Below are positions 55,578 to 63,821 of a stretch of 64,000 bases of DNA, piece after piece. The DNA is taken from assembly GCA_016283155.1 (NCBI GenBank), contig JAEEMI010000025.1:802-64801 (forward strand), written 5' to 3'. Under the pieces are notes generated by a model. That model did not search any database, was not told the origin of the DNA, and saw nothing but the letters and a program-made list of their open reading frames with translations. Position numbers and translations under genes: made by a program. Within the stretch, counting starts at the first letter, position 1; every line of letters starts with the position of its first letter. Source of the stretch: Clostridia bacterium. GTDB taxonomy: Bacteria; Bacillota; Clostridia; Christensenellales; UBA1242.

Positions 55578-55597
55578 ATCAATTTTGGTGGTAAGTA

Positions 55598-55626
55598 TTT
55601 ACTTTAAAAATTTGGTAAGTTATACT
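55598..55626 (+). promoter_or_regulatory. sigma-A promoter, leaderless geometry
   Basis: TTTACT-17-TATACT, 6 nt before ATG 55633. Confidence 0.7.
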
Positions 55627-55632
55627 TCCGCT

Positions 55633-56385
55633 ATGGAAAGTGGAAAAAGGATGATGAACAGTGAATCACTTCTTCAACCTGATTCAATTGATATTCACGA
55701 AGAACGAGTTCAACACATCATCAGCAAACTTTATCAGATCTTTCAAGATGGCTATCGTCCCGCCCGAGGATTTGAACCATATAATTTTCAATTAGATAAT
55801 AAAAGAAAAGTATCAAAATTAGTTAACTGCTTTGGACACGTACTAAATTTACGCAACGCACAGTTTAATGATTATAAAATTGGACCTTACCAAATTTATG
55901 GTTATTTCCCAAATATTTGTTCTGATACCGACCAACAAGCCGCACAACGAATGTTTGATTTTCTCAAAGAAATTGGTCTAAAAATTGAAGAATGTGCACC
56001 TGATAAAACGATTGAAGATTTTCGGTCTTGGAAGATTGCACTTTACTTTGAAAACACGAACCGATTACACAAAGATTTTCATTTCATTTTAGAAGAGAGT
56101 CCTGACCTTTGGTCTAGTAAACTTGGGTTTTCTCCCAATATTGAACACCTGCGTGAGAAAAATCCACCAGAAGTATATCAAAACCTATTAACCGATGAAT
56201 TTAACTACGAAAGATATGGCGCATTTATAATTACTAACCCCAAAGCCGATGAAAACAATCCTTATATTAAAGGATTAGAACAACGAAAACGAAGCTTAAT
56301 AATTAAGCCAAATCATACGATCATAAAGAAACAATATCTTTTTGAAAGTTGTCCAAAACCAATTACTAAAGATTTATCAAAATAA
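55633..56385 (+). CDS. Hypothetical protein with NC..H / DFH / WSSKLG motifs, paralog A
   Basis: Paralogous to 56449-57195; start set to ATG 55633 because the longer ORF overlaps the clpX-like gene. Confidence 0.8.
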   Translation: MESGKRMMNSESLLQPDSIDIHEERVQHIISKLYQIFQDGYRPARGFEPYNFQLDNKRKVSKLVNCFGHVLNLRNAQFNDYKIGPYQIYGYFPNICSDTDQQAAQRMFDFLKEIGLKIEECAPDKTIEDFRSWKIALYFENTNRLHKDFHFILEESPDLWSSKLGFSPNIEHLREKNPPEVYQNLLTDEFNYERYGAFIITNPKADENNPYIKGLEQRKRSLIIKPNHTIIKKQYLFESCPKPITKDLSK

Positions 56386-56448
56386 TTAAACAAACTTGTT
56401 GTTTAGTATTTACATTACAAATTCAAAGTTATATATTACTACCAAACA

Positions 56449-57195
56449 ATGGATCACGACCAAATTATCAAAGAATACGAAGAACATATCAGACAATATA
56501 TGTTAAGTCATAATGTACCCCAAACGCAACAAACCGAACATATAATTAGAAAATTATGGCAAGTTTGGCGTGACGGTTATCGTCCAGCCCGTGGTAATGA
56601 ATCTTATGAATATAGGTTAAAAAACAAAGCATTAGCATCAACAATAGTTAATTGTATGGGACACATTTTTAATTTACGTAATCAACAACTTGATGACTAT
56701 GATTTTGGTCCATTCCAAATCTTTAATGATTTTCCATCCATCAATCAAGACCCCTACGAAAAAACCGTCAAACAGATGTTTGATTTCATTAAAGAAACTG
56801 GTTTAAAAATTGAAGAATGTGCACCAGATAAAACCATTGACGATTTTCGATCTTGGAAAATTGCCCTTTATTTTGAAAATAAAATTATTAATTGTGGCAA
56901 CCAAAATATTTATCGGCGCGATTTTCATTATCAATTGGAAGAGGGTCCGCAATTATGGTCCAGCAAACTTGGTTTTACCCCTAGTGTTGAATATATAAAT
57001 ACAAAAGAACCACCCCAAGTTTTTCAAAGTTCAATTAGTGAATTTGAACCAACAGTTTATAACCTTTATGGCACCTATCAATTGACTAATCCATACGCTG
57101 ATGAAAATAACCGCTATTTAAAGCACTTAAATATTAATACATCGTGTGGTTTAAAAAAGGCTCCAGAACTAGACATTACGTTACTGAAGTCTTAA
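56449..57195 (+). CDS. Hypothetical protein with NC..H / DFH / WSSKLG motifs, paralog B
   Basis: Shares DGYRPARG, GLKIEECAPDKTI.DFRSWKIALYFEN and WSSKLGF with paralog A. Confidence 0.8.
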   Translation: MDHDQIIKEYEEHIRQYMLSHNVPQTQQTEHIIRKLWQVWRDGYRPARGNESYEYRLKNKALASTIVNCMGHIFNLRNQQLDDYDFGPFQIFNDFPSINQDPYEKTVKQMFDFIKETGLKIEECAPDKTIDDFRSWKIALYFENKIINCGNQNIYRRDFHYQLEEGPQLWSSKLGFTPSVEYINTKEPPQVFQSSISEFEPTVYNLYGTYQLTNPYADENNRYLKHLNINTSCGLKKAPELDITLLKS

Positions 57196-57282
57196 ATAAC
57201 ATTAAATTTTCCAGAATTAAAAGTCAATCTAAACTAAAAGTTACTGACACAAGTTAAACCTCCAGTAATGAAAATTCATAAT

Positions 57283-57311
57283 TTGACATTTAACCATAAA
57301 TTGGTTATTAT
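57283..57311 (+). promoter_or_regulatory. sigma-A promoter of tRNA-Trp
   Basis: TTGACA-17-TATTAT. Confidence 0.75.
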
Positions 57312-57325
57312 ATCTTGTTAACCGT

Positions 57326-57399
57326 AGGGGGTTAATTTAATGGTAGAATGGCGGTCTCCAAAACCGCTCATAAGGGTTCAATTCCTTTACCCCCTGCCA
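57326..57399 (+). tRNA. tRNA-Trp(CCA)
   Basis: AGGGGGT/ACCCCCT acceptor, GCGGT-CTCCAAA-ACCGC anticodon arm, GGTTCAATTCC, encoded CCA. Confidence 0.95.
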
Positions 57400-57413
57400 G
57401 AATACAACTAATG

Positions 57414-58394
57414 TTAAACCAACTTTAACCAAATTTGATTGAGAACTTTTAAACCTGCTTCTGTCGCGATAATGTTGGTTGGTGTTAATCTAATTAAACC
57501 ATACTCTTGTAGCAATTTAATCTCCGTTTCTTTGTTATGTAATAAATCACGCGCCACACCACTTCGTAATCTTAATCCCAACATAATTTGTTCTTCACGA
57601 ATTACTTCGGGAGTGCGTTCAATACCTGGTTCGCGGTGATATGTTAAAATATCATTACTATTACAAAAACGCTGATTATTTAATAGCGAATGTGCACCCG
57701 CACCAAAACCGATATACTCACCACCCGTCCAATAAACCAAATTGTGTTTTGACTCGTAACCTTTCCGTGCATAGTTACTTACTTCGTAACGAATAAAATC
57801 AGCGGGTAAATTAACTGGTTCATCAGTTTCCAACACGCAATGGTCATCTTTAGTTAAAGCATAAATTGAAATATGTTGAATCATTGCCAAAACATCGGCT
57901 GGTGGCGTTACAAACGGGTGATTAGGGATATCCTTAATTAAATCGATGGAAACATTATCGAAATACTTATGAGCCGTTTTAATTGCATCAATTGCCTGTT
58001 TAACGTCGTGTAACCGCCCTAAATCGCGTAAAGTAGCCAAATCAAAAGATTGTACCCCAATACTGATACGGTTAATACCTAAACGACGATAAGCCGCACA
58101 TTTTACATCAGTTAATGAATTTGGATTGGCTTCAATTGTGACTTCACCATTGCAAGGTGGTAAACATTTAAACAAAGTTTCTAACTGTTCTGGAGTTAAT
58201 AAACTGGGAGTTCCGCCACCTAAATAAATAGTTTTGACTTGATAATCTTGGAAATTAAAGTTTTTGATTTCGGCACAGATATGTTGCAGATATTTATCAA
58301 TTTGATTAAGCGCCGTACACGACACGAAATCACAATAACCACACCGCCTTTCACAAAATGGGATATGTACATAAACCGACAACGGCTTTTTCAT
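57414..58394 (-). CDS. hemW: Radical SAM HemW/HemN-like protein, shortened
   Basis: YVHIPFC..RCGYCDF, TIYLGGGTPS, EANP, NRISIGVQSF, YEVSNYA, HN.VYW; follows lepA. Confidence 0.85.
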   Translation of the reverse strand: MKKPLSVYVHIPFCERRCGYCDFVSCTALNQIDKYLQHICAEIKNFNFQDYQVKTIYLGGGTPSLLTPEQLETLFKCLPPCNGEVTIEANPNSLTDVKCAAYRRLGINRISIGVQSFDLATLRDLGRLHDVKQAIDAIKTAHKYFDNVSIDLIKDIPNHPFVTPPADVLAMIQHISIYALTKDDHCVLETDEPVNLPADFIRYEVSNYARKGYESKHNLVYWTGGEYIGFGAGAHSLLNNQRFCNSNDILTYHREPGIERTPEVIREEQIMLGLRLRSGVARDLLHNKETEIKLLQEYGLIRLTPTNIIATEAGLKVLNQIWLKLV

Positions 58395-60175
58395 CAGATT
58401 TTTAAAATCTCCACAAAAGCTTCACTTGGAATTTCGACATTACCTAACATTCGCATTTTCTTTTTACCTGCTCTTTGTTTTTCCAACAACTTCATTTTAC
58501 GCGTAATATCACCACCATAACATTTTGCTAAAACATCTTTACGTAATGCTTTAACGGTTTCGCGGGCAATAATTTTACCACCGATTGCAGCTTGAATTGG
58601 AACTTCAAACATTTGTCTAGGAATAATATCTTTTAAACGTTCAGCTAATGCTTTACCTTTTTGATATGCCACAGATTCGTGGACAATCAACGATAAAGCA
58701 TCACAAATCTTACCATTTAGTAAAATATCCATTTTAACTAATTCAGCACGCTGATATCCTGCAGCTTCATAATCCAAACTTGCATAACCGTGGCTGCAAC
58801 TTTTCATTCGATCGAAGAAGTCATAAACAATTTCGTTTAGTGGAATTTTGAAATTTAATAACGTGCGATTATTATCTAAATGTTGCATATCAACAAACAC
58901 ACCACGTTTATTAGTAGCTAAATCCATCAAAGCACCGATATATTCGGGTGGCGTCCACATTTTTAATGCCACAATTGGTTCTTCGTAATAATCAATCTCA
59001 ACGGCTTTTGGTAAATTACTTGGGTTAGATACATTTAATGTTCGACCATCATTAGTATGCACTATATAATTAACACTTGGTGCTGTTGTAATGATATCCA
59101 AATTAAATTCACGTTCCAACCGTTCTGTGATGATTTCCATATGTAATAATCCTAAAAAGCCAACACGAAAACCAAAACCCAAAGCCGTACTAGTTTCTTT
59201 AGTAAATTCCAAACTAGCATCGTTTAATTTTAATTTTTCCAATGCATCTTTTAGTTCTCCATACTTATCACCAGCAATCGGATAAATTCCGGTAAAAACC
59301 ACTGGCAAAACTTCTTTATAACCAGGTAATGGTTCGCAAGGCATTTCAGCCGAAGTAATCGTATCACCGATTTTAATTTCACTGACAGTTTTAATACTGG
59401 CACAAATATAACCAACATCACCAGCACTTAATATTTCACACGGCGTTTGTTTAGGAGTAAAAAAGCCAACTTCGGTAACTTCAAATTCTTTATTCGTCGC
59501 TAACATTTTAATCTTGTCGCCAACTTTAACTTGTCCATCGAATAGACGCACTAAACAAACTGCGCCCAAGAAATTATTATAATAACAATCAAATAATAAA
59601 GCTTTTAACGGCTGATTTTCGTCGCCAGTTGGTGCTGGTAACAATTCAATGATTTGCTCTAATACTTGGTCAATGTTAGTCCCATTTTTAGCAGAAATTG
59701 CCGGAGCTAAACCCGCGGGAATACCAATCACTTGTTCAATTTCAGTACGTACACGTTCTACATCGGCAGCTGGCAAATCGATTTTATTAATTACGGGTAA
59801 AATTTCCAAATGATTATCAATCGCTAAATAAGCATTCGAAAGTGTTTGTGCTTCCACTCCTTGGGTTGCATCAACAATCAAGATTGCTCCTTCACAAGCC
59901 GCTAAAGAACGTGAAACTTCGTAAGTAAAATCGACGTGTCCGGGCGTATCTATTAAGTTTAAAACATATTCTTCGCCTTTATAATTATATAACATTCGCG
60001 TTGGTGTTAATTTAATTGTGATACCACGTTCGCGTTCTAAATCCATACTGTCTAACAATTGGGCTTCCATATCGCGTTTAGCCACCGTCCCTGTAATTTC
60101 CAATAAACGATCGGCCAACGTTGATTTACCGTGGTCAATATGTGCGACAATACAAAAGTTGCGAATTCGCTTCAC
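58394..60175 (-). CDS. lepA: Elongation factor 4
   Basis: [52 protein letters not shown]. Confidence 0.98.
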   Translation of the reverse strand: MKRIRNFCIVAHIDHGKSTLADRLLEITGTVAKRDMEAQLLDSMDLERERGITIKLTPTRMLYNYKGEEYVLNLIDTPGHVDFTYEVSRSLAACEGAILIVDATQGVEAQTLSNAYLAIDNHLEILPVINKIDLPAADVERVRTEIEQVIGIPAGLAPAISAKNGTNIDQVLEQIIELLPAPTGDENQPLKALLFDCYYNNFLGAVCLVRLFDGQVKVGDKIKMLATNKEFEVTEVGFFTPKQTPCEILSAGDVGYICASIKTVSEIKIGDTITSAEMPCEPLPGYKEVLPVVFTGIYPIAGDKYGELKDALEKLKLNDASLEFTKETSTALGFGFRVGFLGLLHMEIITERLEREFNLDIITTAPSVNYIVHTNDGRTLNVSNPSNLPKAVEIDYYEEPIVALKMWTPPEYIGALMDLATNKRGVFVDMQHLDNNRTLLNFKIPLNEIVYDFFDRMKSCSHGYASLDYEAAGYQRAELVKMDILLNGKICDALSLIVHESVAYQKGKALAERLKDIIPRQMFEVPIQAAIGGKIIARETVKALRKDVLAKCYGGDITRKMKLLEKQRAGKKKMRMLGNVEIPSEAFVEILKI

Positions 60176-60181
60176 AATTAT

Positions 60182-60210
60182 ATCTTAACGTTTTTTTTGA
60201 TCTAATGCAA
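60182..60210 (-). promoter_or_regulatory. sigma-A promoter of lepA-hemW, leaderless geometry
   Basis: TTGCAT-17-TAAGAT, 6 nt before GTG. Confidence 0.7.
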
Positions 60211-60280
60211 TGTAAAGATTGTAATATCCAATTTCGCCCGTTGCAGTAAACAATTGCCATAACACATCTTTCAGTTCCAT
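60185..60280 (-). CDS. YqzL-like small protein (31 aa, below the ORF-track cutoff)
   Basis: Manual translation MELKDVLWQLFTATGEIGYYNLYIALDQKKR; W..F..TG.I..Y.LY pattern and adjacency to recO fit YqzL. Confidence 0.7.
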   Translation of the reverse strand: MELKDVLWQLFTATGEIGYYNLYIALDQKKR

Positions 60281-60303
60281 ATTTATATTATTTACGCTAA
60301 ACT
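60275..60303 (+). promoter_or_regulatory. sigma-A promoter of recO, leaderless geometry
   Basis: TTCCAT-17-TAAACT, 8 nt before ATG, no SD. Confidence 0.55.
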
Positions 60304-60311
60304 ATAGTTGT

Positions 60312-60875
60312 ATGCGTGAAACATTTGTCGAACTGGGAATTATCGTTAAAATTGTACGTAGTGGTGATTACGACGCGCGCTTGGCAGTTTTTACGGCAAC
60401 GGGTTTGCAATGGCGTTCAATCAAAGGTGTTTTTCGTCCCAAAGCAAAATTCGCTGCGGCCTGTGGATTATTTACTGTCGCCGAATTTACAATTTCGGGA
60501 CAATCTGTTACCAACATCAATGTTTTAGTTGCCCCTTACACTTTAGCCAAAGATATAAACCGTTATTATTTAGCATCCAGTTTTGCCGATGCTTTATTAC
60601 ATTTAGAATTCGTAGAACAAGCCCCAACAGCACTTATCACGGCAGTCAATGCTTACACCGCTTTAGCCACAACAAATGAAAGTTGCTACCCAATTTTTTT
60701 AGATTTTTATCAACAAATGCTAGAAACTCTCGGTTATCACATTGAGTTAGATTTTAACCGCGAACATTTAACCCATAGTGTTGCAAAAAAGTTGGTTCAA
60801 CAAACAATTGATGCTTATCTTAATTTTGTTGATTATCAAATTAAATTTTGCGAAAATTTATATTTAAACGTTTGA
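60312..60875 (+). CDS. recO: DNA repair protein RecO, shortened
   Basis: GIIVK....GDYD..L.VFT..G......KGV.RPKAKF....LF...EF OB-fold; L..LGY; no C-terminal Cys cluster. Confidence 0.8.
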   Translation: MRETFVELGIIVKIVRSGDYDARLAVFTATGLQWRSIKGVFRPKAKFAAACGLFTVAEFTISGQSVTNINVLVAPYTLAKDINRYYLASSFADALLHLEFVEQAPTALITAVNAYTALATTNESCYPIFLDFYQQMLETLGYHIELDFNREHLTHSVAKKLVQQTIDAYLNFVDYQIKFCENLYLNV

Positions 60876-61634
60876 TTTTTCTTGCGTAATAACATACTTG
60901 AATGCCTCAAAGAGACCAAATTTATTTCCTGCATCAAAACGTTTGGCTTTGGTAGTAATGATATTCTTTGTAGGAATTTGGTTTAGTGCGGCAACAATAT
61001 CTGTTCCTAAAGTTTGACAAAAACCTGACGGTAATAAATAGCGACCGACCGCAACCAAATTACTGGTTGGCTGTGCCGGTTTTTCAATAATTTGTCCATC
61101 TTTAGTAATCACACCATAACAATGTGCATTCTCCCAAGGTACAGTTGCTGTAATAATGGCGGGCTGTTGTGTTTTTTGATAAGCACTTAACATTTCTGCA
61201 GTTGGATTGCCATCAAAAAATACGTCATCGCAATATGCTAACACAAATGGTTCGTTGCCAACAAAACTGCTGGCGTGTTTCACACAATCTGCCACACCTT
61301 GTGGTAAAGCGACACGACGAAAATATAAATTCATATCGCTAAAAAAATTAGTGTTTTTTTCTACTGATACGGCATCCGGTGTTTCAGCGACCCGTCGTGC
61401 CAAGTAATCATCAACCTCGTAATTCTTATCCAAATAATTCATTAAACATTCACGTCCACGGCCAATTAACAATAAAACGTCTTTAATTCCGGCGGCCTGT
61501 AATTCTTCCAGAATATAATGAATTACTGGTTTATCACCTAATGGTAACATTTCTTTAGGAACAGCTTTGGTAATCGGTAAAAACCGTGTAGCATATCCAC
61601 CAGCGGTAATTATAGCCTTGGTAATAGTTGTCAT
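60864..61634 (-). CDS. galU: UTP--glucose-1-phosphate uridylyltransferase, GalU-like
   Basis: KAII.AGG.ATRFLPITKAVPKEMLP..DKP.I.YI.EE, EKP, GRY, RFDAG.K.G; start set to ATG 61634. Confidence 0.8.
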   Translation of the reverse strand: MTTITKAIITAGGYATRFLPITKAVPKEMLPLGDKPVIHYILEELQAAGIKDVLLLIGRGRECLMNYLDKNYEVDDYLARRVAETPDAVSVEKNTNFFSDMNLYFRRVALPQGVADCVKHASSFVGNEPFVLAYCDDVFFDGNPTAEMLSAYQKTQQPAIITATVPWENAHCYGVITKDGQIIEKPAQPTSNLVAVGRYLLPSGFCQTLGTDIVAALNQIPTKNIITTKAKRFDAGNKFGLFEAFKYVITQEKSNV

Positions 61635-61652
61635 ATTGCTATATATGACAAC

Positions 61653-61680
61653 AAAAAACACGACGTGACCGTCGTGTTTT
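61653..61680 (-). terminator. Intrinsic terminator of the pilin-like gene
   Basis: AAAACACGAC-GGTCAC-GTCGTGTTTTTT on the minus strand. Confidence 0.85.
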
Positions 61681-61701
61681 AATTGATTTTTGTATTTTCG
61701 A

Positions 61702-62028
61702 TTAGAACATAAACATTGATGTTTTAGAACCAGCTTGTTTAGTAACCAAATCAACGATTTGAGGAACGAAAATCAACACAGCAACCAACGCAACAATACC
61801 AATGATAGCATAAATTAATTGTGCCTTCGCATTTTTACGTTTAGTCTCATCACTTGCCGTGAAGAATTTGTATGCCAAAACGACTGCTAAGATAACCGCA
61901 CCAACGGTTAATAAGCCGAACAAGGCAAACATGACATTTTTTACACTATCAACAATTTTGGTTATGTTAGAAGTGTTAACAGTATTTAATGTTTCTGTAG
62001 TACTCATCAAACTTTTAAAGAAATTCAT
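61702..62028 (-). CDS. VirB2/TrbC-like pilin-family small membrane protein
   Basis: Two hydrophobic helices joined by AYKFFTASDETKRKNAK.QL.YAIIG, typical of conjugal-pilin-like proteins; SD AAAAGGAG. Confidence 0.7.
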   Translation of the reverse strand: MNFFKSLMSTTETLNTVNTSNITKIVDSVKNVMFALFGLLTVGAVILAVVLAYKFFTASDETKRKNAKAQLIYAIIGIVALVAVLIFVPQIVDLVTKQAGSKTSMFMF

Positions 62029-62071
62029 TTTTTATTTTTTCTCCTTTTTATTGTTATTTTTAACTATTTGA

Positions 62072-62100
62072 ATTTTATTATACCATAATAAAGTTGTCAA
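62072..62100 (-). promoter_or_regulatory. Strong sigma-A promoter of the pilin-like gene
   Basis: TTGACA-17-TAAAAT plus overlapping TGGTATAAT. Confidence 0.75.
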
Positions 62101-62118
62101 ACGATTTTTCACACTTTT

Positions 62119-63759
62119 TTATGAGTTTTTAAAACGCAAATAATCGTATTTTTGGTCGGTATGAAACAACCGAATTTGTTTAGTATCTTGAACAAAAATC
62201 AAGGAATCACCGGTATTACCTTGTGGTTGATACAAGACCGCAACTGGTAAAGCAATATCCGTTTTGTTTTCCGTACTATCAGTATCTTCGTCGTTATTTT
62301 CATTTTCATCGGTACTGGTACTGGTGTTTGTAGAAATCGTATCCATTGTACCATTCTTATTAACTTTATAAATTGTACTGCCAGATTGGACATAGATATC
62401 ATCACCCATTACCGCTAACACTGAATCAACGGTAACTGATGATGCCAACTTTTTAGCTTCACCATTTTCTTGATCAAGTACAATCCGATCGCCTGCAATA
62501 CTGTAATGATATAATTTATTATCAATCGTACAGAAATTATTGGCATAAATACCAATGGTAAAGTCTTTTTTGACCCACGTACTTTGAATCGGATTTTGAT
62601 AACTGTAATTTAAATAATTTTGATTAGTAATGACACATAAATCTTTTTCAATCGTCGAAACGTTTTGGCTGGAGACTGAAATAGCAAAAACAAACTGTGC
62701 ACTGGCGTGGGCGGCTTCAGTATCAACCGGTGTTACCGCCATCGGTGTAAACGTTGTTCCCTCTTCCGCGCTGCCAGAATTACCAATTTCCTCAACTTTA
62801 CCGCCATTAATAGAACAACGATACATTATATTGCCACGTGCCGTTGCATTTTCACCACGAGTTTTTGTGTAATAGACATAGCCCATCACTCCACCATAAA
62901 CTTGTGCTAAACTTTCGTTTTGTTTACCATATTGTGTTGCGGTCGGTAAAACTACATTAGAAACACTACGATCTAAAACGTCAATTTTTTGAGTTATGAC
63001 ATTGATTTTTTTAATTTTAGTTTCTGGTTTGTCATTTTTGTTATCGGTTTCATTAACGATTAAATAAATATTTTCTCTAGAATCTGCCCAAACGGTAAAA
63101 TTCTTAGTAGTTAAATCTGTACTATCCGTCGTATAAATCAAAGTATGATTTTTACCATCCAAATCGACACGAAAGAAATCTAAATAATCAGACATTAGGT
63201 TACCGCGATTGTCATAACGGTTATGCGGTGTAACATAAATTAAATATTTACCAAAAACCCACATCGCAGTTTTATCGTGACCAGCGATTTTTGGTACGAC
63301 TGCTTCAATACCATTATTTTTCTTGCCAATACTTTCCCAATCTTTGACACCAACGACTACAGAATTATATTCCGCATCACCAACTTGCCATTCTTTTTTT
63401 TCGTTAGTATTTTCGTCAATATAACTATTATCATATTGATAGTCAAGTACCGGCTTATTATTCGTACCAATCTTCACACGGAAAATACCAGCATCTGGCA
63501 TCACACCTTTGGCATAATATTCATTATCACCATAAGAAAGATCAGAGATCTTAACACTATCACCGACGAAATATAAATAGTCATCCACCATTACAGAAGC
63601 TGTACCATTACCGGATACATAATTTGCCGCTGGAATTGCATTAATACCAGAACGAAATTTAGGTGTAAGATTTGCCACGATTGCCCAAATAATTCCACTC
63701 AAGGCAACAACGGAAACCAAGATAATTAAACAGACTTTTTTGGTAAAAAATTTAGCCAT
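62119..63759 (-). CDS. Membrane-anchored extracellular protein, possible beta-propeller (DUF5050-like)
   Basis: N-terminal TM, repeated D.Y.YF / F.RVDLDG / YVYY / MYR.SING blade-like motifs; start set to ATG 63759. Confidence 0.6.
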   Translation of the reverse strand: MAKFFTKKVCLIILVSVVALSGIIWAIVANLTPKFRSGINAIPAANYVSGNGTASVMVDDYLYFVGDSVKISDLSYGDNEYYAKGVMPDAGIFRVKIGTNNKPVLDYQYDNSYIDENTNEKKEWQVGDAEYNSVVVGVKDWESIGKKNNGIEAVVPKIAGHDKTAMWVFGKYLIYVTPHNRYDNRGNLMSDYLDFFRVDLDGKNHTLIYTTDSTDLTTKNFTVWADSRENIYLIVNETDNKNDKPETKIKKINVITQKIDVLDRSVSNVVLPTATQYGKQNESLAQVYGGVMGYVYYTKTRGENATARGNIMYRCSINGGKVEEIGNSGSAEEGTTFTPMAVTPVDTEAAHASAQFVFAISVSSQNVSTIEKDLCVITNQNYLNYSYQNPIQSTWVKKDFTIGIYANNFCTIDNKLYHYSIAGDRIVLDQENGEAKKLASSVTVDSVLAVMGDDIYVQSGSTIYKVNKNGTMDTISTNTSTSTDENENNDEDTDSTENKTDIALPVAVLYQPQGNTGDSLIFVQDTKQIRLFHTDQKYDYLRFKNS

Positions 63760-63766
63760 ATCAATT

Positions 63767-63795
63767 AGTATATCAATTATCACCCATAAAAGCAA
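63767..63795 (-). promoter_or_regulatory. sigma-A promoter, leaderless geometry
   Basis: TTGCTT-17-TATACT with TG extension, 7 nt before ATG. Confidence 0.7.
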
Positions 63796-63821
63796 ATTTT
63801 ATTTATTTTATAAAATTAAGA

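Noticed and set aside
55333-55632. 100-aa N-terminal extension of paralog A in the ORF track
   Set aside because: It overlaps the clpX-like gene antisense and is absent from paralog B; a promoter sits directly before ATG 55633. Similar over-long starts were trimmed for thrS, yaaT, rplM, rplU, rny, pgsA, galU and the NUDIX gene
57283-57399. RNase P-independent, fully leaderless tRNA system
   Set aside because: The tRNA-Trp promoter implies a leader of about 8 nt that needs processing
57326-57399. UGA recoding via tRNA-Trp
   Set aside because: Anticodon is CCA with a normal 5-bp stem, and TGA ends several conserved genes at expected lengths (lepA, rpmE, murC, asd)
3-63576. Many 60-150 aa ORFs on opposite strands or alternate frames
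   Set aside because: They are shadows of well-supported genes and have no motifs or expression signals
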